Assembly (NCBI GenBank): GCA_022827905.1
Contig: JAJEIQ010000050.1
Span: 1,385 to 65,384 of the forward strand
Length of the DNA: 64,000 bases
Source of the DNA: Pseudomonadales bacterium
GTDB taxonomy: Bacteria; Pseudomonadota; Gammaproteobacteria; Pseudomonadales; Azotimanducaceae
Direction: 5' to 3'
Part shown: piece after piece, positions 56,433 through 64,000 of the stretch
Layout: each line of letters begins with the position of its first letter
Numbering within the stretch: position 1 is the first letter of the stretch
The notes under the pieces: generated by a model
Seen by the model: only the letters and a program-made list of their open reading frames with translations
Told to the model about the DNA's origin: nothing
Database searches by the model: none
Made by a program: the position numbers and the translations under genes

Positions 56433-57672
56433 TGATCAGCTCCTTCTCCAAGACCTTTGGCTCCTCTCGAAATCGACTATAGAACTCCTTCGCAACATCT
56501 CCCACGTAGATGTCTTCAACGCCGCTCCTCAGCCCCTCGACGACATCGCGCGCTAGGCGCTCCGGTGCGACCTTAGGTGGCGGCACCATCTGGCTCCAAG
56601 GCTCATCAATGGGGCCGGAAAACGCATTCAGCACCCGAATGGCCGCGGGGTGAAACTCCGCTCGTTGACACTGGCTCAGGCTCAAGGCCGCAGCCTGGGA
56701 TGCCGAGTAGGTCCCTTCGGGTGGATAGTTGCTCAAGGCAAAGACGGACAGGAGATTCACCCAAGCCACCGCACTGTTTTGGCCATCCGCGCCACGTGAC
56801 TTCATCGCGGGACCAAACTCCTGAATGAGCCGGAGCAAGCCAAAGTAGTTAACTTCCATCTCAAGCTTGGCAACATCTGTCCCATAACGAGACGCAATAC
56901 CCTGGGTGCGATGCACGGTGGCGGTGTTAATCAAGATATCCACACGACCGCCTAACGCACTGCCTTGTTCCTGTACGCTTCGCGAATCAGTCAGATCAAG
57001 AGGCACGAATTCAACTTCCCGAATCTCCCCCAAATCGGCAAACCCATCCGGTCGTTTCCAAGGTTCGGTTTCCCCCACCCAGATGAGACTCGCGCCCGCA
57101 TCCGCGATAGCCCGCACCATGGCTTGACCTACCTCGCTCTTGCCATCGGTGACCAGCACCTTTCTGAATTTCGGGTCGCAAGTCATCTCGCGAAGCTGTT
57201 GGTCATCAGCCATATTGGGCACCTCATCAATTGGGGTAGCGATGAGTACGCCGCGCCCCGCTCTATCTAGCCGTGCACTTACCGACACCTGCTCCGATGG
57301 AGAGCCGATGTCGCCATGCAGGTGTGCGACCACCGATGGGCCGCAGTCGAGACGAATCAGGCCCAATCGCCATGGCATCCGCTCCCGGAAATACAGATCA
57401 TGGCTGTGGTGCAGGTTGGTTTCGGCCAACAATTGACCGCCCCCATCAAGCTCCACCCACTCAAGATCTTGTGATACGCAGGCGCCGCACATTTCTCGCG
57501 GCGGGTACTGCACCATTTGGCACTCGCTGCATTGTTGCAGTTCCAGCACCCCCCGGGCCGCCGCTGCGGTCAGCCTCAGGCCAATCCGGCTGCGCGCCCA
57601 TGGCGGCAGGATTGGCGCTCGCGTGCGCAGTATTGGGTTTTTGCGCTTCGGACGCTGCAGCGGTTCCGTCAC
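56425..57672 (-). CDS. DUF35 (Zn-ribbon + OB fold) fused to a degenerate SDR-like domain
   Basis: GTG 57672 overlaps the thiolase stop (GTGA). Zn ribbon: CSECQMVQYPPREMCGAC. The OB region follows, then an SDR-like domain with TDGKSEVG in place of TGxxxGxG and YSASQ in place of YxxxK. Confidence 0.8.
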   Translation of the reverse strand: MTEPLQRPKRKNPILRTRAPILPPWARSRIGLRLTAAAARGVLELQQCSECQMVQYPPREMCGACVSQDLEWVELDGGGQLLAETNLHHSHDLYFRERMPWRLGLIRLDCGPSVVAHLHGDIGSPSEQVSVSARLDRAGRGVLIATPIDEVPNMADDQQLREMTCDPKFRKVLVTDGKSEVGQAMVRAIADAGASLIWVGETEPWKRPDGFADLGEIREVEFVPLDLTDSRSVQEQGSALGGRVDILINTATVHRTQGIASRYGTDVAKLEMEVNYFGLLRLIQEFGPAMKSRGADGQNSAVAWVNLLSVFALSNYPPEGTYSASQAAALSLSQCQRAEFHPAAIRVLNAFSGPIDEPWSQMVPPPKVAPERLARDVVEGLRSGVEDIYVGDVAKEFYSRFREEPKVLEKELISE

Positions 57673-58850
57673 GCCACTGCCCCAATGCCTAGAAGAGCCG
57701 CGGCCGTACACACCCCGCGATCGTAGTTAATCATGCCAAACCCGCTCACCAACCCGATCTTGGCATCGGGCACTTGATGACCCGCTGGCTGGCCCGTCAA
57801 TTGCCTGACCGCTTCGACCATGCCAAGGTAACCACCAGCGGCGCCGGCCTGACCAACGGACAACTGGCCGCCCGATGGGTTGATCGGAAAGGTTCCATCC
57901 CAGGCAAACTCATTGGCTTGAATGAATGCGGGCGCCTCGCCCTTCTCACAGAACCCAAGATCTTCAAATTGAAGCGCATTGATAATGGGATAGTCGTCGT
58001 ACGTACACATGAAGTCGACGTCATTGGGCGAGCAGTCCGCACGTTCGTACAGCGCATCCTTGTCCATGGCCCAGCCGCCGCGCATTTGAATCGGATCTTC
58101 AGAAAACGCATTGTGACGCTCGATCGTGGAGAGGATTCGAGCGTGGGGCAGGCCCAACTGCGATGCACTCTCTCGCGACATGACCAAGAACCCTTCCGCG
58201 CCTGCGCAGGGCATCACGCAATCGAACAAATGCAACGGCTCGGCGATGACGCGAGCCGACATGTATTCCTCCAAGGTGAGCGGCCTTTTGAACAGCGCAT
58301 TCGGATTGGCCAAGGCATTGGTTCGTTGCGCTACGCAAAGCTTGCCGAACTGCTCACGGGTCGCGCCGTATTCCCGCATGTAGTAATCCGTTAGGAACGC
58401 AAAACTCGCGTTGGGTCCGCCGGAACCGTAGGGATAGACCGCATCCTGCGCGTATTGGCTGAAACTGCCCAGGAGATTGCGGAAGGTATCCACATGATTG
58501 GTGTCCGCACCAATGCAAGCAACGATGGAAGCATCCCCACACTGCACCGCCCGAGCCGCGCGACGCAAGCCAACCACCCCACAGGCGCCACCCATCGGGA
58601 TGTGATCGAGCCATCTGGGCGACATGCCGAGGTGCTGGGTCAGCCCCACTGCGGTATCGGGAACCAACTGGAAGCTCGATATGCAGAGCCCATCGATGTC
58701 GTGCTTTTCCAATCCCGAGTCGTCGATCAACGTTCTGAGAGCCTTCGCCGCAAACCAATGCGTGCTGCGATTGGTGTACCGGACATAGTCAACCGTCACC
58801 GGCGCAACGACGGCAATCTCCTCATAGGGCAACTGAAGACGGCTAGCCAC
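57669..58850 (-). CDS. thiolase-like protein (SCP-x / DUF35-partner type)
   Basis: The GTG at 58850 overlaps the ligase 3' end by 8 nt. Thiolase-like sequence with CISSF, CAGAEG and a GG-rich C-terminus. 393 aa. Confidence 0.85.
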   Translation of the reverse strand: MASRLQLPYEEIAVVAPVTVDYVRYTNRSTHWFAAKALRTLIDDSGLEKHDIDGLCISSFQLVPDTAVGLTQHLGMSPRWLDHIPMGGACGVVGLRRAARAVQCGDASIVACIGADTNHVDTFRNLLGSFSQYAQDAVYPYGSGGPNASFAFLTDYYMREYGATREQFGKLCVAQRTNALANPNALFKRPLTLEEYMSARVIAEPLHLFDCVMPCAGAEGFLVMSRESASQLGLPHARILSTIERHNAFSEDPIQMRGGWAMDKDALYERADCSPNDVDFMCTYDDYPIINALQFEDLGFCEKGEAPAFIQANEFAWDGTFPINPSGGQLSVGQAGAAGGYLGMVEAVRQLTGQPAGHQVPDAKIGLVSGFGMINYDRGVCTAAALLGIGAVA

Positions 58851-60456
58851 GGCGTTTCTTCTTCCCGCGCAGGTCCACGCATTGCCGCCCCCCCACAAGC
58901 TCGCAGGCCAAGGTCTTCAGCTCACTGCGTTGAACCTTTTCCGTTGCCGTAAGCGGTAGTTTGCCCACAAACGCGATGTACCCTGGGGCCTTGTAATATG
59001 CGAGCCGACCAAGACAGTGATCGGTGATGGCTTGGGCAAAGGCATCGCTCGCATCAGTTGCCACAATGCAAGCAAACACCTCCTCGCCCCGAATTTCGTC
59101 AGCAATGGATGTGATCCCCACAGCCTGGACGCCGCCGACCTCCATGATGACTTCCTCGACTTCCACGGCCGAGATGTTCTCCCCGCTTCGGCGAATCACG
59201 TTTTTTTTGCGATCCACGAAGTGCATGAGCCCATCATCGTCAACATAAACGAGATCGCCCGTGTGGAAGTAACCGCCCTCCCACGCCGCTTGAGTCGCCT
59301 GTTCGTCTTTCAGGTATCCAGAAAAAAAACCGTATCGAGGCGAAGGCGAGGCGCGCCGCACGAGTAACTCACCCGGACATCCTTGCGCCACGTCTCGGCC
59401 AGCATCATCAACCAAGCGAAAGTCCAGGTGATCGGGCGGGCGGCCAAAACAGGCCGTGCCCACCTTGCGAGGCTCCTCACTGGCGATGATCGCCACCGTG
59501 CATCCCGTCTCGGTCATCGCCCAGGCCTCGATTAAGCGCACGTTGAACCTGGACTCAAAAGCGGTGTGGAGCTCGCCCGACAGACCAGCGCCAAAGCCAA
59601 ATCGCAGGTTGTGCCGTTGATCTCTCGGGCTTTTGTCGAGACTCATCAGCATGGCGGGCATGACCCCTAGGTAGTGCATGATCGTCGCGTCGCACTCGGC
59701 AACCGAATCCCACCAGCTGGCCGGGTGAAACCGATCAATTGGCACAATGCAGCTCCCCGTTAGAATCATCGCCATCGTTGAGGCCGCCATTGCATTCATG
59801 TGGTACATCGGCAGCGGCGAAATCAACCGGTCCTCCCCAGGCTGCAACTGGCAATATCCGCCAACGTTTTGGTACCACTCGCCCGTTGCGAGGAAGTACT
59901 CGTTGGACAGCATGCACCCCTTGGGTTTTCCGGTGGTGCCCGAGGTGTAAAGGAGCGCGCACTCAGTCTCCATTCTGCCGACGGAATTAAGCGCCACCCG
60001 ATTGTCGGTTTTGCCTTTGTCCCCGTTGGTGTCGAAATCCGTCACGGACACCACAGGACAGGTCGCAATGCTCGCCAAAGCTGCTTGCGCCGTTGAATCT
60101 AAAACAACCACCAACGACGCTTCACTATGGCTTAGCACGTACTCCAGCTCGGCGGATTGCCATTGCGGGTTGAGCGGAACCACGCTCACGCCAAGCGCAT
60201 TCAATGCCAGCCAGTGGTAGAAAAACTCAGGCCTGTTGTCGAGGCCCACCGCAACGCGCGTGACGACTCCGGGCTTGAGCTCCAACCGTTCTTCATAGTG
60301 CTGAACTGCCCTCGAGATCGTCGAAAGCGCGTCCGCATAACTCACTGTGGACGCCGCAACGCCATACCGACTTGCGGTGTCGCTAACCATCTGCATAAAC
60401 GGCCGAGACCCGTACTTTTCCGATGTATTAACAAAGGCTTGCGCGACACTACTCAT
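58843..60456 (-). CDS. AMP-dependent acyl/aryl-CoA ligase
   Basis: AMP-binding motif LLYTSGTTGKPKG. Later motifs YFHTGDLVYVDDDG and RRSGENI. Confidence 0.9.
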   Translation of the reverse strand: MSSVAQAFVNTSEKYGSRPFMQMVSDTASRYGVAASTVSYADALSTISRAVQHYEERLELKPGVVTRVAVGLDNRPEFFYHWLALNALGVSVVPLNPQWQSAELEYVLSHSEASLVVVLDSTAQAALASIATCPVVSVTDFDTNGDKGKTDNRVALNSVGRMETECALLYTSGTTGKPKGCMLSNEYFLATGEWYQNVGGYCQLQPGEDRLISPLPMYHMNAMAASTMAMILTGSCIVPIDRFHPASWWDSVAECDATIMHYLGVMPAMLMSLDKSPRDQRHNLRFGFGAGLSGELHTAFESRFNVRLIEAWAMTETGCTVAIIASEEPRKVGTACFGRPPDHLDFRLVDDAGRDVAQGCPGELLVRRASPSPRYGFFSGYLKDEQATQAAWEGGYFHTGDLVYVDDDGLMHFVDRKKNVIRRSGENISAVEVEEVIMEVGGVQAVGITSIADEIRGEEVFACIVATDASDAFAQAITDHCLGRLAYYKAPGYIAFVGKLPLTATEKVQRSELKTLACELVGGRQCVDLRGKKKRRG

Positions 60457-60459
60457 ACT

Positions 60460-60930
60460 TCAAATCAACATCTGTATTGAAGGAAGCGCCGCATCGCGAT
60501 TGAGCAGCTCAATACGTTTACGCCTTATTTTGTAAGTTTCTTCAACGGCCACGATCTGATGATGAACACTGCCGCCTAGAACAATTTGTTGATCAAGCTG
60601 TGTTTCGAGATAAACAAATGGCGTTCTCGTCTCAAACGTCCCTCCCACACTGGACACCAGTTCAGGCTTCTGCAGCACATGTTGGCAGTAACTGGGCGGC
60701 TGCTGAGAAAAAACGTGAGGCGAGTTAAGACGCTCGATCCTAATGCGAAGCACCAATCGATCCTCAAAAAACAGGCTGTTGTGGATTTCGTCCTCAGTCT
60801 GCCCTCTTTTCAAAGGCGCCCAATACAGAACATCGTCAGTCAGTAACGCCAGCCAATCTTCGAATGCCTTCTCGTCGAGCAGCCGCGCCTCTTCATAAAT
60901 CAACGACTCAATGGCGGCGCAGTCATCCAT
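60460..60930 (-). CDS. aromatic-ring-hydroxylating dioxygenase beta subunit
   Basis: ATG 60930 overlaps the alpha-subunit stop by 8 nt. NTF2-like sequence: IESLIYEEARLLDEKAFEDWLALLTDDVLYW. 156 aa. Confidence 0.85.
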   Translation of the reverse strand: MDDCAAIESLIYEEARLLDEKAFEDWLALLTDDVLYWAPLKRGQTEDEIHNSLFFEDRLVLRIRIERLNSPHVFSQQPPSYCQHVLQKPELVSSVGGTFETRTPFVYLETQLDQQIVLGGSVHHQIVAVEETYKIRRKRIELLNRDAALPSIQMLI

Positions 60931-62257
60931 GAGCGGCTTCCATCGAAGACAGAATCTGATCTCGCCATGCCCGGTATTGACCGCGCATGGACACTTCGTT
61001 GGTGCCGTTGTAGTCCCCTGCGATGCCATTGGATTCGTTTTGGGAGTGCCCTCGATGCAGGCTGATCCAATCCCTGCCCGAACTAGCCAATCCTTCCTGA
61101 ATCGCGCGATAGCATTGCAGGTCATCATGCCCCACGACGCTCGTGGGTGCGTTGATGATGCGGCTATAGGTCAATGTTCGCTTCAAATGTTCATCCGATG
61201 CGCCAACCAACCGAAACGTCCAGCTTTCGATCAGCGTTTTGTCATGCGCTATCGGACGTGCAACTCGAATGGCCTGTATGGCCCCTTTGATCGTCAAGCT
61301 CGGGTAGTAGACGGTGTTGTGGCGGTTGGTCCCCAGCACTTCCCTCGCCTTCTCCTCACCGAGGGAATCACAAAGCGATTCAAAGTACCCGGGCACAGCC
61401 GAGTAGTTGGAGTGAATCGAAAAATGCACGCCTGAATAGCTGTGACCGTGATCAAAAGTGCGGATGCCCATGTCATCGAAGAACTCATAGCTGCTTACGA
61501 ACGGCTCAAACTGCTCAACCACCATCGGCTTTGGTTCATCCTTGCCATGTTCGGCATACCACAGAGACTTCGCAGTCCCCGCCGAGGATTGGTGCGCGAC
61601 CATGGGATGCATCGTGTCATTCAGGTTTTCCACGAACATCTTCCAGTTGCAGTTGTGCATGTAGCGCAACACCCCCCCTGCAATCTCCAAACGTCCCTCA
61701 GGGGCACGGCCCACCATGTTGTCGATCGAGGTCAAGGACTCACCAAAGTAGTCTTCGAAGCTGAGCCCATGATCGGATAGGCGGACGAAGACAAAGCCGC
61801 GGTAGTTCGCCAAGTTATCCACCCGTGTTAGACCCAATGCGCCACGTGTCTCGTCTTTGAGTTCGATGCGAGTGCCCTCATATCCCTTGGGCAGCGGAAA
61901 AGCCCGGAACGAACCATCGTATCCATAAGTCCAACCGTGGTACGGACAGCGAATCGCCGCGCCGAGCTTGCCCGAAGGCGCAGTGACGAGCTTGGTCCCT
62001 TTGTGGGCACAACGGTTCTTCATCGCACACACAGACCCGTCACGATCCCGAACCATGATCAGGGGCTCTCGTGCAATATCGACGCTCACGTAGTCGCCAG
62101 GTTCAGGCACTTGGGAATCATGGCCCAAATAGACCCAACTCGATGGCCACAAGTGCTCCATTTCCAACTCAAAGACCGTTGGGCTGATGTATAGGTCCCG
62201 GTGAACCTCATCCTCTCTAACCAGGCTACGTACCTCATCAGCGGTTAGGATCGTCAC
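60923..62257 (-). CDS. Rieske aromatic-ring-hydroxylating dioxygenase alpha subunit
   Basis: Rieske motif CAHKGTKL ... CPYHGWTY. The GTG start overlaps the iorB-like stop by 1 nt. Confidence 0.9.
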   Translation of the reverse strand: MTILTADEVRSLVREDEVHRDLYISPTVFELEMEHLWPSSWVYLGHDSQVPEPGDYVSVDIAREPLIMVRDRDGSVCAMKNRCAHKGTKLVTAPSGKLGAAIRCPYHGWTYGYDGSFRAFPLPKGYEGTRIELKDETRGALGLTRVDNLANYRGFVFVRLSDHGLSFEDYFGESLTSIDNMVGRAPEGRLEIAGGVLRYMHNCNWKMFVENLNDTMHPMVAHQSSAGTAKSLWYAEHGKDEPKPMVVEQFEPFVSSYEFFDDMGIRTFDHGHSYSGVHFSIHSNYSAVPGYFESLCDSLGEEKAREVLGTNRHNTVYYPSLTIKGAIQAIRVARPIAHDKTLIESWTFRLVGASDEHLKRTLTYSRIINAPTSVVGHDDLQCYRAIQEGLASSGRDWISLHRGHSQNESNGIAGDYNGTNEVSMRGQYRAWRDQILSSMEAAHG

Positions 62258-63729
62258 TATGCCGCCCCCGTCGCTAGTTCCCTTTCGCCCTTGATGATCG
62301 CCGCATCAAGTACATCACCCGTTTCGTCGGCTAATGCCGCCTCTCGCACTTTTCTAATCACAGCATCCGCGCCGGAATTTTGCTTGTGATCCAGTGCGAA
62401 TGACATGATGCGCTTGAGGTTTGCAGACCCTCGTTCATGGGTGTCGCCGTAGCCGGCGACCAGGTCCTGACTCCGTGCAACCTCAAGGGCCAGGTCATAG
62501 TCGGTCTTCGCCAGCGCCGCGACACAATCCAGCCATTCACGCATGGCAGCCATTTCTTCGTGATGGCGCAGGAGTCGACGACGCAACGCGCGCATGCGAG
62601 CCACCATGCGAAGCGCGAGATATCCCCAGAGGCTCGACGACTGGATGGTGAGCCCGCGAGTGAACAACCCCAACAGGGCACGGGCGGCATCGGACCTTCT
62701 GGCCCAGCACCCTAAACCGACAGGCATGGAACCCGCGATTTCCTCAATTCTCGGCTTCATGTACTCCGTCACCTGCACAATCTCGGCGTTTTCGCCAGAC
62801 CCCAACAGCCGCATCAACCGTTCCGGCTTCGTCTTGAGGTCCGCAACCCGGATGGTGTCTTCGTAAGTCATCCATAGCGCCAAGCCCTTGGCAGCTTCCG
62901 CCGTCAACGCGAAAGGCGCGCAGTCCATCTCAAGCAGATCGTCAACCAGCGCTCGATACTCACTGACGTAGGCTTGGTCCTGGTAGTCAATCAATCTCGG
63001 GACCGCATGCGAGACCACTTCACGAACGTCGTTGGGAAGCTGCAAGACCCAGTCATCGGCTACCGACGCCGGTTGGCCTTGCTGAGCATCTTGTTCGCAA
63101 GCCGCTTCCGGAAGCCCCCCTGCCCGCGCGGCCTCAAGCGCATCGTTGAACGCCGCTAGGTTGGCTGCGACACTCAGCCCGCTTCGCTCAATCGCATTGG
63201 CATAGAGTGCGACTGCAAAGGGAAGCACACCCGATCCGGCAATCGCTCCGAGAATCGCCGCACTGATGACGCTGGCATTTCTAGCCGCGATGGCTTCCAT
63301 GTCAAACGCCACCATGCGCTGCGCGTTGCTTTCCAAAACCCTCAGCAATTCGTCTGAGTCGGCACGCCCATCGCCCAAGTGAGATTTCTCGTCGATCGTG
63401 TACGCCCGATGCGTGCTCGTAATCAGTGTTGTCACATTCGGCTGCACCAGCTGGCGTTGCACCATGCGTGCGGCTTCCACCAACTCCGAAGCCACCACGA
63501 GGTCACCGGTTCCTCTCGCAGGCATCAAGGCCATCACGGGGCGGTCATCGGATTTCGGATAAAACTCCAAATAGTAAATCGTGGCACCCGTTCTCTGTGC
63601 AACCCCGGGCACTGAGGTGGCTTGCACGACATAGCCAGATTGTTCGGCAACGTCTATCATCCAGTTTTGCACCACCCCCCCGCCTTGACCTCCGAGCGCT
63701 GCAATCGTCAGTGTGATTGGGCGCTCCAT
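62257..63729 (-). CDS. indolepyruvate/arylpyruvate ferredoxin oxidoreductase beta subunit family
   Basis: ATG 63729 (MERPITLTIAALGGQGGGVV) overlaps the upstream TGA by 1 nt. 490 aa. The track start 63894 is rejected. Confidence 0.8.
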   Translation of the reverse strand: MERPITLTIAALGGQGGGVVQNWMIDVAEQSGYVVQATSVPGVAQRTGATIYYLEFYPKSDDRPVMALMPARGTGDLVVASELVEAARMVQRQLVQPNVTTLITSTHRAYTIDEKSHLGDGRADSDELLRVLESNAQRMVAFDMEAIAARNASVISAAILGAIAGSGVLPFAVALYANAIERSGLSVAANLAAFNDALEAARAGGLPEAACEQDAQQGQPASVADDWVLQLPNDVREVVSHAVPRLIDYQDQAYVSEYRALVDDLLEMDCAPFALTAEAAKGLALWMTYEDTIRVADLKTKPERLMRLLGSGENAEIVQVTEYMKPRIEEIAGSMPVGLGCWARRSDAARALLGLFTRGLTIQSSSLWGYLALRMVARMRALRRRLLRHHEEMAAMREWLDCVAALAKTDYDLALEVARSQDLVAGYGDTHERGSANLKRIMSFALDHKQNSGADAVIRKVREAALADETGDVLDAAIIKGERELATGAA

Positions 63730-64000
63730 CAGGCTTGCACCCTCCGTGCCAAGAGCCGATCCATCATCCAGCGATTCACGTTTGCGACAAAGCGCTCCCA
63801 CTTGGTTGGATTCTGAATGCGCGTGACCTTGTAAAAGGATGGGCAGAGCACTGCAGCCTGCGCCACTGAACCGCAAACCCCGCACCCCACGCAACTGGCA
63901 TCAACATGGGCAACAGGTTTGGCGCGCAGCGGATCTTGCGATGGCTTTATTGTCAATGATGGGCAGCCCGACAGCCGAATGCATGAATGGTCGCCAGTGC
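63729..64000 (-). CDS. indolepyruvate ferredoxin oxidoreductase alpha subunit family, C-terminal part (5' end outside window)
   Basis: The frame stays open to nt 64000 (...TGDHSCIRLSGCPSLTIKP...). 4Fe-4S-like motif CVGCGVCG...CPS. Confidence 0.7.
   Translation of the reverse strand, partial: TGDHSCIRLSGCPSLTIKPSQDPLRAKPVAHVDASCVGCGVCGSVAQAAVLCPSFYKVTRIQNPTKWERFVANVNRWMMDRLLARRVQA

Noticed and set aside
1-64000. I searched by eye for tRNA/rRNA genes, transposases, integrases, phage genes, cas genes and classical defence genes (helicase, nuclease or methylase sets).
   Set aside because: None was recognised. The only toxin-antitoxin-type elements are VapBC and RES-Xre.

Overview
High-GC proteobacterial chromosomal DNA that is almost entirely coding: about 56 CDS, with no rRNA, tRNA, CRISPR, transposase or integrase recognised. 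Composition is uneven. One 60-nt line at 41821-41880 has 42 G+C, and one at 22261-22320 has 29. By eye, 20.8-24.8 kb and 47.3-64 kb are lower in GC than the rest. The content is accessory uptake and catabolism.

(1) 1-7.5 kb holds a co-directional set of secreted modular proteins: a DUF4189-like protein, two large proteins that share Ig-like (He_PIG) repeats and an unassigned Cys module, a cadherin-like protein, and an orphan membrane protein.

(2) 7.6-16.3 kb holds a Rieske oxygenase, a Tat-exported Mo-hydroxylase pair, a GST-like protein, a Cys-type sulfatase and a VOC protein. A 53-bp hairpin tandem array lies between convergent genes.

(3) 16.4-19 kb holds VapBC, an MFS gene and a truncated PhyH remnant.

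(4) 19-27 kb holds an ECF sigma / FecR / STN-TonB receptor cell-surface-signalling unit with a duplicated promoter-like motif, followed by a serine hydrolase and a DUF3604 lipoprotein.

(5) A RES-Xre toxin-antitoxin pair.

(6) 28-40 kb holds a copper amine oxidase, an aminotransferase and a TPP enzyme. It also holds a TonB-receptor-led operon (FAD oxidoreductase, C-N hydrolase), a perfect 30-bp inverted repeat and a second sulfatase.

(7) 40-47 kb holds an ADH-TRAP(DctPQM)-LacI operon and a divergent SDR/DUF819 pair.

(8) 47-64 kb holds an MFS gene, a thioesterase and a 14-gene translationally coupled minus-strand operon. The operon combines IorAB, an Ipf-like Rieske/CoA-ligase/thiolase/DUF35 module, a cyclase (isatin-hydrolase family) gene and an anthraniloyl/salicylyl-CoA monooxygenase-reductase with beta-oxidation-like genes and RidA.

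This operon is my best candidate for an undescribed system. I read it as a CoA-dependent route for an indole- or aryl-alkanoate, and it contains an unusual DUF35 fusion to a degenerate SDR domain. All family names come from reading the translations and from memory. No database search was run.
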